Virus record (IMG/VR): IMGVR_UViG_3300049919_000280
Location: 83,682 to 98,759 of that record
Strand: one strand, 5' to 3'
DNA from: a virus
Lineage: Duplodnaviria; Heunggongvirae; Uroviricota; Caudoviricetes
Length of the DNA: 15,078 bases
Translations under genes and position numbers: made by a program
Notes under the pieces: generated by a model
Told to the model about the DNA's origin: nothing
Seen by the model: only the letters and a program-made list of their open reading frames with translations
The model's database searches: none
Shown here: one piece after another, positions 8,701 to 15,078 of the stretch
Layout: each line of letters opens with the position of its first letter
Position numbering within the stretch: position 1 is the first letter of the stretch

Positions 8701-11686
8701 CGGGCTTGATAGATTCAAAAATGGATTTTTCGTTGATCAGTTTAAAGATTATGAGCCTAGTGATACTGACGCACCTGATTACCGAGCAGTAATTTCTCAG
8801 AATGAACGATTGATTCGCCCAAATTTTTCTAGTAAAGAAAACATCTTAATTGAGCGAGAAGGTACATCACCAGAAACTAGAGCGCTCGCTAATTATCGTA
8901 TCAATAAAAACTTGGCAACGCTGAACTACACAGAATCGTCATGTGTTATGCAGACGCTAGCAACTCGTGGTGAATTCATCAACCCGTTTGCCATTTTCTT
9001 GTTCAGGGGTGCGATGCAGCTATTCCCTAACAACGACCATTGGACTGAATATGCTAGACCACTAGACAAAACCGCTGGGGATTTAGCCAAAAGACGAATC
9101 GGCGATAGAAATGCTGTTCTTCAACAATGGTGGGGTCTTAACGAAGACTGGCTTGGTTTAATGCAGTTGGATCGCGTGATATCTGGGGTAAACATCAGTA
9201 TTGCAACGGTTAATGCAACGTTAAGAAAAAATGCTGTTGAGTTAATCAGGAAAAAGCGAGTTAATATTGTTTCTCGTGGGCTGAAACCGTTTGGTATTCT
9301 GAATGGTTTCATAGATAAGAACCCGATAAACGAATACCTAGTTCCAATGCCGTATTCGGTTGTCTCATTACCTTCAGGTAAATTCTTGGGATATGATGAT
9401 ATCGAATTCCAGTCCGATAGGCTGGGGGTCAGATCGGTGAAATATCAGCAAAGTGCTATTGAAACTCCATTATTAACCCCTGCAATATTTGAACAGATTC
9501 TTAGTAACGGAGAAATCATCGAATTTAAAAATATCGGTGGCTCTGTTGTTGGCACTGCGGTTTGCGTTGGGTACGATTATGTAAAACTCAATTCAGCCGA
9601 TGTTTATAAATTGACATACGATAATTTGAAGGGTACAACTTCAGGTGCAATAAGTGTTGTTGGGAGCCAGTCTGGCGCTACCGCTACCATATCAAGTAAT
9701 GTCATCCCAACCCAATTGGTGACGGATTCTCTCGGCAACTTCTACGGGACGTTTACCATACCACATAAGGTATTTAAAACCGGAAGATCAAAAGTTGAAC
9801 TCATGGATCGCACTGATGGTGATGCAGAGAATGCATTAACTAGGTCTGTCGCCGAGTATGTCTCAGTTGGTGATTTGTCTACAACATTCCTTAAAGAAGT
9901 TGTTACTGGGTTTAAAACGTTTGATACATGGGTAGATACAGGCGTCAGGCAAGAGCGTAGTAGAGACCCATTGGCTCAAACATTTTCGCTACCTGCTGAT
10001 GCGGAGGATGGTGCATTCATAACTTCAGTTGGGGTATATTTCCATACAAAAGATGCAAAGCTACCAGCAACTATACAAATTTGCGAGACCCAGAATGGAT
10101 ACCCAGCACAGATAACGCTGAGAAATGGTGAGGTCGTACTTTATCCAGAAGATATCACCGCATCTGAAAAGGTGATGATTCAAACTCGCGCATATTTCCC
10201 AGCACCAGTTTATCTACGTGCAGGGGTTGAGTATTGCTTAAAAATTCTAACCGATTCCACCACAGCAAAGGTTTGGATTTCTAGAATGGGAGAAAGAAGA
10301 GTCGATGAAAAGAACTTAGTCGTGACTGAGCAGCCACACTTAGGTTCTTTGTTCAAGTCTCAGAATAATAGCTCTTGGGTGGCAGAACAACAGGAGGATT
10401 TAGCTTTCGTTATATACCGAGCAAAATTTGATACGTCTAGGTCTGGTGTTATCAATATGCAGAATTTCCGCACGATTGAAGAGTATCTTCCTGCTAGTCC
10501 ATTTGGTGTGAAGAGCGGTTCGGCTTTGGTGCGAGTTGATCACCCAAATCACGGATTTACAAATGGCATGAGCGTAACTTTATCCGGTGTCGTTGGTTCT
10601 AGTCCAGATATAAACGGTACTCACGTTATTCATCATGCAAGAAACCATTTCTACTTCATCACCGCTTCAGGAACCTTTTCAACAACAGACTTTATCGGGG
10701 GTGAAAATTGCATAGCAACATGCAACGTCAGAATGGATGTGCATAGCATTGATATCCAAGCGCAGGCATTGAATAAAACATTCTTTTCTGTTGCCGAGTC
10801 TGGTGTTAAGGTCACTACTAATAGTGTCACCACGTCAACTGCAACGATAGAACCATCATTCACCACAATATTCCCAAACACCTTGGTGAATAGGGATGTT
10901 CCGCTGTATCTTTTGAGTGATGCGAATCGCACATCTTCGATTTCTGGTGCTGCATCCCTTGAGTTGAAGATATTAATCGGTTCAACTTCTGATTGGGTGT
11001 CTCCGATGGTCGTCATGGATTCTGCCCAACTTTCATCTCGCACAAACGATATCGAGTTGGAAACTGTTGCGAATAACTACGACACAACCTTTGACGATGA
11101 AGTCATCGTTACTGGTAGCGTAGTGTTTGAGGCAGATGATGATTCGCTGATCGTAACCACCGGAATCAATAGATTCCAAGTAGGGGCGTATATTACTGTG
11201 GTTGGCGCTTCCCAAGTTGGATTAACCAAAAAGAAGATTCTTAACGTGGATGTTGCATCAAACAAGGTATTTGTTGATCATGCCGTTGTAGATGCCACTG
11301 CTGTGCCAACTTCTGTAACTCAGCATGGTGCCTTCATATCCGAAGAATCAATCGATGCGGGGACTGCTGGTGGAAAATATATATCTAAGATTGTTCGTCT
11401 TGACTCGCAATCATCAAGCCTCAAGGTTATGTTTGCTGTAAATGTACCAACGTCTTCAGAAATTGAAGTTTGGTACCGTGCCGGAAACAGCGTTGATGAT
11501 GATATTTGGACAAAAATCCAATTTGAATATCGGAAATCTGCTAATCAAAATGAGTTTATCGATTATGACGTTGCTGTCGATAATATTGCATCCTTCACAC
11601 AGTTTCAAGTTAAGTTGATTATGCGGTCATCCAATCCATCAACTGTACCTAGATTCAAAGACCTCAGAGTTATTGCTCTGGCATAA
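5768..11686 (+). CDS. Large virion structural protein, DUF4815 / VrlC(VriC)-like, probably peripheral baseplate
   Basis: 1972 aa. The N-terminus PYYSDQDDSKNFHQILFVPGRAVQARELTQMQTILQEQIARHGNHVFKNG, internal LDRFKNGFFVDQF and RDPLAQTF..FITSVGVYF, and the C-terminus PRFKDLRVIALA match this family as I recall it. Confidence 0.85.
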   Translation: MTINTNIYPYYSDQDDSKNFHQILFVPGRAVQARELTQMQTILQEQIARHGNHVFKNGTMVIPGHIFYDSDVIYVKLNKTYNGVQSDTFIEQLVGTEAVGGTSKVYAKVVHVAKSSGNDLPTLFIKYTKAGEGTGKSVFSTSEVLTFTEFPSISAQIESGTGYSGKAALATINEGVYFVNGYFVQVAKTTIIAAKYSNTPSCKIGLEIVEDIVTENEDSTLLDPAQGFSNFTAPGAHRLRIQLNLVSRDVDFEAPDTGNEIKFISLLQVRNGAIQYKNNDTAYVEMERVLARRTFDGAGNFIVDAFDLSVRNYRSNNRGTWATGTTYMKGDVVSYSISGKLYYFYARDTGVSGATQLSQTFGTQSDGAIFWTQTSKPSINDGSFPVGSDSLAVQQANDAKISTTITDGKAYISGFEVGKPGKTLVTIDKARESKFVNSSQVFAPSGTFVTLSSITGMPDISSFEKLNIINVSGSGVIGTCRVRNIVADGSQYKLYIFDIKMNSRADFSLEAKFFKDTATSGSDFTGTIKTEKYRVSGLINVAGATVSGIGSNFELDLKSGMTVYLNNSTSAEKKYVSSVNYDLEQFTISVAGTAAINITCDVEYIVVSQSDANIVRMPHEYIKSLRNSSGELALDTQYVIHRYYGTTGAKTAGTGENFLTLGHVGDVTVTDSTHITVNTGPAIVAVRKSNLAAKEKFKTLATKTVYLFDDGIYATAAKSGLITSAYNSNSLRVELTEADIVRIVNISASGSSSQASYVAGGETDITKTASLWDGQTPEFYDIGEITFRSAPARCTRITFEYFDHSIGDYFSVDSYSSLPYEQIPIFKTGGASYNLRDCLDFRPRVSDDGSGFTGIGSVAGEVITAGDVITFDYSYYLPRVDKVVLTKGGEINVIKGVASDEPTPPKSPDEALDLYTVYLAPYTINASKDNIAFSKNDHRGYTMKDISALESRLSNVEEYMTLTLLEKQTADLSVVDKFGLDRFKNGFFVDQFKDYEPSDTDAPDYRAVISQNERLIRPNFSSKENILIEREGTSPETRALANYRINKNLATLNYTESSCVMQTLATRGEFINPFAIFLFRGAMQLFPNNDHWTEYARPLDKTAGDLAKRRIGDRNAVLQQWWGLNEDWLGLMQLDRVISGVNISIATVNATLRKNAVELIRKKRVNIVSRGLKPFGILNGFIDKNPINEYLVPMPYSVVSLPSGKFLGYDDIEFQSDRLGVRSVKYQQSAIETPLLTPAIFEQILSNGEIIEFKNIGGSVVGTAVCVGYDYVKLNSADVYKLTYDNLKGTTSGAISVVGSQSGATATISSNVIPTQLVTDSLGNFYGTFTIPHKVFKTGRSKVELMDRTDGDAENALTRSVAEYVSVGDLSTTFLKEVVTGFKTFDTWVDTGVRQERSRDPLAQTFSLPADAEDGAFITSVGVYFHTKDAKLPATIQICETQNGYPAQITLRNGEVVLYPEDITASEKVMIQTRAYFPAPVYLRAGVEYCLKILTDSTTAKVWISRMGERRVDEKNLVVTEQPHLGSLFKSQNNSSWVAEQQEDLAFVIYRAKFDTSRSGVINMQNFRTIEEYLPASPFGVKSGSALVRVDHPNHGFTNGMSVTLSGVVGSSPDINGTHVIHHARNHFYFITASGTFSTTDFIGGENCIATCNVRMDVHSIDIQAQALNKTFFSVAESGVKVTTNSVTTSTATIEPSFTTIFPNTLVNRDVPLYLLSDANRTSSISGAASLELKILIGSTSDWVSPMVVMDSAQLSSRTNDIELETVANNYDTTFDDEVIVTGSVVFEADDDSLIVTTGINRFQVGAYITVVGASQVGLTKKKILNVDVASNKVFVDHAVVDATAVPTSVTQHGAFISEESIDAGTAGGKYISKIVRLDSQSSSLKVMFAVNVPTSSEIEVWYRAGNSVDDDIWTKIQFEYRKSANQNEFIDYDVAVDNIASFTQFQVKLIMRSSNPSTVPRFKDLRVIALA

Positions 11687-11689
11687 AAA

Positions 11690-11893
11690 GTGATAATCAA
11701 AAAAGAAGGTCACGTTGTCTCAAATGCGGACTCCCAAGCTAGGGAGTCATATTTGAGACAACGTAAAATCATGGAAGCGAAGGAAGACGAATTAGATAAA
11801 GTACGAGCTACGATAAATAATCTAACGAATGAAATGTCTGACATAAAGGCAATGTTAAAGTTGCTTTTGAACCAAACACCACCAGAGAAATAA
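11690..11893 (+). CDS. Small hypothetical protein (67 aa) with predicted coiled coil, of the type I recall following DUF4815 genes in T4-like phages
   Basis: GTG start 3 nt after the upstream stop; fills the gap exactly. Amphipathic heptad-like stretch ELDKVRATINNLTNEMSDIKAMLKLLL. No clear SD site, so probably translationally coupled. Confidence 0.75.
   Translation: MIIKKEGHVVSNADSQARESYLRQRKIMEAKEDELDKVRATINNLTNEMSDIKAMLKLLLNQTPPEK
11812..11819 (+). promoter_or_regulatory. Possible relaxed late promoter (GATAAATA) upstream of the fibre gene
   Basis: The ATAAATA core, which is the cyanophage-type late consensus, lies about 78 nt before the ATG at 11897. It is inside a coding sequence (T-I-N-N) and could be chance. 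Confidence 0.3.
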
Positions 11894-11896
11894 TCC

Positions 11897-14800
11897 ATGT
11901 CAAAGCCAACTACGCTGAATTCATCTACATTTAACCAATGGAGAATAAACACAAATTCCATATCTAAAAACATTGGCGATGTCGATCTGAAAATTCAGAA
12001 CGATTCGGTCGCCGAAGCTGATATAGGAAATCTTGGTCTCCACAACACGGTCACATTAACGCCAACTCTTGTGTTTGGGTCACCGAGCACAACAGTTTCC
12101 GTTGTTTCCCTCCAACTAAGACCGGGGATGGATATCTCATCAACGGCGTTTCCAGATGGAACAAGTCTAGCATCGGTTAATTACAATACCGGTGCCATAA
12201 CGTTCACAAATAACTCAACTCAATCGGGTGTCATATCTGTCACCTTTGTCAAGTCTGCAACTTCAGTGTTGAATGATCTTGAATTACGCAAACTGGATAA
12301 GAGCGGTGACATTGTAACCGGAACTTTCGGTGTTTATGGTAATGTGACTCTTGGTAATGATGCTAACGATGACCATTTAATAACCGGACAGGTTGCAATA
12401 AATCAAGCAATCGTCGGAACTGAATCGTTTCAGGTAACTGGAAATACAAAACTAACGGGGACATTAAATGTTACAGGCAACGTTACGTTTGATGGTAATA
12501 CCACTCTTGGTAATGCTAGTGGTGATTTACTTACTTTCACTTCTAATACGCTGGCTGTTCCGAATAACCTAAGCGTACAAAGTGGGCTTTTGTTTATCGA
12601 TACCGCGAATGAGCGGGTTGGTGTTCGCAATGCCACACCAAGCACAGTATTCCATGTTCGAACGAAGGATGCTGATACTGCCACCGATGTTCGTGGAATT
12701 ATGCTGGAACAATATGTTTCCACCGCTGGTTTATATGAGTCAAAATTTATCGGATCAAGAGCCCGTGGGGCAACTGGTGCACCAACAGCGGTGCAGCTTA
12801 ATGACGCATTGGTGTCGTTTAGTGGAAGAGGTTACAAGACATCTACTTGGTCTAATACAGTAGGTGGACTGTTTGTATATGCTGGCGAAAACTGGACTGA
12901 TACTGCAACTGGAACGTATATTACCCTTCGCGGTGTTGTGTCTAATGCAGCAACAACTGCGGTAACTGAATGGGTTAAATTCACCTCTGCAACCTCCACA
13001 TTTAATGCGAGCACAGTATCCGCATCAACATCAACCGGTGCTGTTGTGGTAACTGGTGGTGTTGGTATTGGTGGCGCAGTTAATATAGCTGGGATAACAA
13101 AGCTAACTTCCAATACATCAGCGGACAGTGCGATTACCGGTACATTAGTGGTAACTGGTGGCGTTGGCGTGAGCCAGAACTTGTGGGTGGGTGGCACAAC
13201 TAACGTCGCAGGTAACGTATCCTTCACAGGATCATCAACATTCTCATCTGCAACCGGTACATTTACCGTAAACGGCGCTGCTTCAGTTTCTGGTTCAAAT
13301 ACCTTTACGGTTGGAACTGGATTATCTACATTTGGTGGAACTGCTGATTTTAATGGTGCCGTAACCATTGATGGTTTGAATGTAAACACCACGATATCCC
13401 CAACAGGAACTGGCACGGTGACGATTGCTCCAGTTGGTGGGTTATCAATTAATCCAACCGCTACAGGTACCATTAATAACACCAGCATTGGTGCTACCAC
13501 AAGAAGTACAGGCGCATTTACAACGTTGGTTACAAACAACACAACAACCTTTAGCGGGACAACTTCAGTTTCTGGTTCAAATACCTTTACCGTTGGCACT
13601 GGCCTATCTACATTTGGTGGAACTGCTGATTTTAATGGTGCCGTAACCATTGATGGTGTTAACGTAAACACCACGATATCTCCAACTGGTACTGGAACCG
13701 TAACAATTGCACCGGCTGGTGGGTTATCAATTAATCCAACCATCACCGGTACCATCAACAATACAAGTATCGGTGCTACCACAAGAAGTACAGGTGCCTT
13801 TACAACTCTTGTTACAAACGACACGACAACCTTTAGCGGGACAACTTCAGTTTCTGGTTCAAATACCTTTACCGTTGGCACTGGCCTATCTACATTTGGT
13901 GGAACTGCTGATTTTAATGGTGCCGTAACCATTGATGGTGTTAACGTAAACACCACGATATCTCCAACTGGTACTGGCACAGTAACAATTGCTCCAGTTG
14001 GTGGGTTATCAATTAATCCAACCATCACCGGTACCATCAACAATACAAGTATCGGTGCTACCACAAGAAGCACAGGCGCCTTTACAACGTTGGTTACAAA
14101 CAACACAACAACCTTTAGCGGGACAACTTCAGTTTCTGGAACCAATACCTTTACCGTTGGCACTGGCCTATCTACATTTGGTGGAAATGTCACAATAAAC
14201 GGCGCTGCTTCAGTTTCTGGTTCAAATACCTTTACCGTTGGAACTGGCCTATCTACATTTGGTGGGACTGCGGATTTTAATGGTGCAGTAACCATTGATG
14301 GTTTGGACGTAAACACTACCATTTCCCCAACAGGAACTGGCACAGTAACAATTGCACCGGCTGGTGGGTTATCAATTAATCCAACCATCACCGGTACCAT
14401 CAACAATACAAGTATCGGTGCTACCACAAGAAGTACAGGTGCCTTTACAACGTTGGTTACAAACGACACGACAACCTTTAGTGGGACAACTTCAGTTTCT
14501 GGTTCAAATACCTTTACCGTTGGCTCAGGTACAACTACTTTGGGTGGTGCTGTAAATATTAATGGTGGGAACGTAAACACCACGATATCCCCAACAGGAA
14601 CTGGCACGGTGACGATTGCTCCAGTTGGTGGGTTATCAATTAATCCAACCATCACCGGTACCATTAATAACACCAGCATTGGTGCTACCACAAGAAGCAC
14701 AGGTGCCTTTACAACGTTGGTTACAAACAACACAACAACCTTTAGTGCTGCGACTTCAGTTTCCGGTTCAAATACCTTTACTGTTGGCACAGGTACAACT

Positions 14801-15078
14801 ACTTTAAGTGGTGCTGTCACAATAAACGGGGTAAGTGTAAATACCACGATCTCTCCAACTGGTACTGGAACCGTAACAATTGCACCGGCTGGTGGGTTAT
14901 CAATTAATCCAACCATCACCGGTAACATTAATAACACCAGCATTGGTGCTACCACAAGAAGCACAGGTGCCTTTACAACGTTGGTTACAAACAACACAAC
15001 AACCTTTAGTGGGACAACTTCAGTTTCTGGAACAAATACCTTTACGGTTGGCACAGGTACGACAACCCTTGGCGGTGC
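11897..15078 (+). CDS. 3'-truncated tail-fibre-like protein (at least 1060 aa) with Thr/Gly-rich beta repeats; not in the supplied ORF track
   Basis: Hand translation from ATG 11897 gives MSKPTTLNSSTFNQWRINTNSISKNIGDVD...FIDTANERVGVRNATP...SRARGATGAPTAVQLNDALVSFSGRGY...AGENWTDTATGT...STGAVVVTGGVGIGG..., followed by the repeat array. I found no in-frame stop up to the window end, and repeat starts at 13283 and 15020 are in the same frame. The TFxQWRxxTN N-terminus and the TINNTSIGATTRSTGAFTTL motif are typical of phage fibres. Confidence 0.88.
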   Translation, partial: MSKPTTLNSSTFNQWRINTNSISKNIGDVDLKIQNDSVAEADIGNLGLHNTVTLTPTLVFGSPSTTVSVVSLQLRPGMDISSTAFPDGTSLASVNYNTGAITFTNNSTQSGVISVTFVKSATSVLNDLELRKLDKSGDIVTGTFGVYGNVTLGNDANDDHLITGQVAINQAIVGTESFQVTGNTKLTGTLNVTGNVTFDGNTTLGNASGDLLTFTSNTLAVPNNLSVQSGLLFIDTANERVGVRNATPSTVFHVRTKDADTATDVRGIMLEQYVSTAGLYESKFIGSRARGATGAPTAVQLNDALVSFSGRGYKTSTWSNTVGGLFVYAGENWTDTATGTYITLRGVVSNAATTAVTEWVKFTSATSTFNASTVSASTSTGAVVVTGGVGIGGAVNIAGITKLTSNTSADSAITGTLVVTGGVGVSQNLWVGGTTNVAGNVSFTGSSTFSSATGTFTVNGAASVSGSNTFTVGTGLSTFGGTADFNGAVTIDGLNVNTTISPTGTGTVTIAPVGGLSINPTATGTINNTSIGATTRSTGAFTTLVTNNTTTFSGTTSVSGSNTFTVGTGLSTFGGTADFNGAVTIDGVNVNTTISPTGTGTVTIAPAGGLSINPTITGTINNTSIGATTRSTGAFTTLVTNDTTTFSGTTSVSGSNTFTVGTGLSTFGGTADFNGAVTIDGVNVNTTISPTGTGTVTIAPVGGLSINPTITGTINNTSIGATTRSTGAFTTLVTNNTTTFSGTTSVSGTNTFTVGTGLSTFGGNVTINGAASVSGSNTFTVGTGLSTFGGTADFNGAVTIDGLDVNTTISPTGTGTVTIAPAGGLSINPTITGTINNTSIGATTRSTGAFTTLVTNDTTTFSGTTSVSGSNTFTVGSGTTTLGGAVNINGGNVNTTISPTGTGTVTIAPVGGLSINPTITGTINNTSIGATTRSTGAFTTLVTNNTTTFSAATSVSGSNTFTVGTGTTTLSGAVTINGVSVNTTISPTGTGTVTIAPAGGLSINPTITGNINNTSIGATTRSTGAFTTLVTNNTTTFSGTTSVSGTNTFTVGTGTTTLGG
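13022..13213 (+). repeat. Two ~34 aa 'TG(A/T)(V/L)VVTGGVG(I/V)' fibre repeats
   Basis: acc ggt at 13034 and 13136 (102 nt apart), sharing gtggtaactggtgg. Confidence 0.7.
13283..15078 (+). repeat. In-frame coding tandem array with unit lengths 282, 282, 282, 81, 282, 264, 264 nt and a partial unit running off the window
   Basis: Units begin with tcagtttc(t/c)gg at 13283, 13565, 13847, 14129, 14210, 14492, 14756 and 15020. The 94 aa unit is SVSGSNTFTVGTGLSTFGGTADFNGAVTIDGVNVNTTISPTGTGTVTIAPAGGLSINPTITGTINNTSIGATTRSTGAFTTLVTNDTTTFSGTT. Confidence 0.95.

Noticed and set aside
133-11265. Numerous 60-130 aa ORFs on either strand nested within the large genes
   Set aside because: They overlap well-supported long CDSs, have no recognisable motifs, and are the expected shadow ORFs of Thr/Gly/Val-rich genes.
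13425-14807. Five short + strand ORFs (MLQLVGYQLIQP... / MHRLVGYQLIQP...)
   Set aside because: Out-of-frame readings of the same tandem units; they recur only because the DNA repeats.
12832-15054. 740 aa minus-strand ORF (V/P-rich repeats)
   Set aside because: Antisense shadow of the fibre. In this register a minus-strand stop needs a sense Tyr codon after T/C or a His/Gln codon after T, and the repeat region lacks these residues. The ORF ends exactly at the ggt-tac (Gly-Tyr) junction at 12832-12834.
2-15078. Diversity-generating retroelement (TR/VR pair) acting on the lectin-like or fibre repeats
   Set aside because: No reverse transcriptase or Avd gene is in the window, all repeat copies are in-frame coding sequence, and differences between copies are not adenine-specific (e.g. 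tcg/tct, act/acg, ttc/ttt).
2-15078. Shufflon or invertible tail-fibre cassette, or CRISPR array
   Set aside because: All repeats are direct and coding. I saw no inverted recombination sites, no recombinase and no repeat-spacer structure with unique spacers.
2-15078. Alternative genetic code, inteins or introns
   Set aside because: The long ORFs translate uninterrupted in the standard code and all four stops are TAA, which gives no evidence of recoding. No intein motifs or intron-like interruptions were seen.

Overview
This window is part of the virion tail/baseplate operon of a large T4-like myophage (environmental, non-enteric type). All five real genes are on the + strand and tightly packed. 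(1) A 5'-truncated protein of at least 1378 aa, open from base 2 rather than 215, built of tandem ~423-446 aa two-domain modules: a head-spike-fibre-like domain followed by a ConA/LamG-like domain. It ends in TAT-AAA-TAA, which overlaps a T4 late-promoter consensus TATAAATA. (2) A gp8-like baseplate wedge subunit. (3) A 1972 aa DUF4815/VrlC-like virion protein. (4) A 67 aa small coiled-coil protein. (5) A 3'-truncated Thr/Gly-rich fibre protein of at least 1060 aa starting at 11897; it is missing from the ORF track, apparently because it has no stop in the window, and it carries a mosaic 282/264/81-bp tandem array. No RNA genes, CRISPR arrays, mobile elements, reverse transcriptase or recombinase were seen. 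The most interesting signals concern receptor-binding diversification: a ~42-nt DNA anchor conserved between otherwise divergent adhesin modules, apparent recombination scars, and patchwork fibre repeats. Family assignments come from motif recognition and recall, not from database searches.
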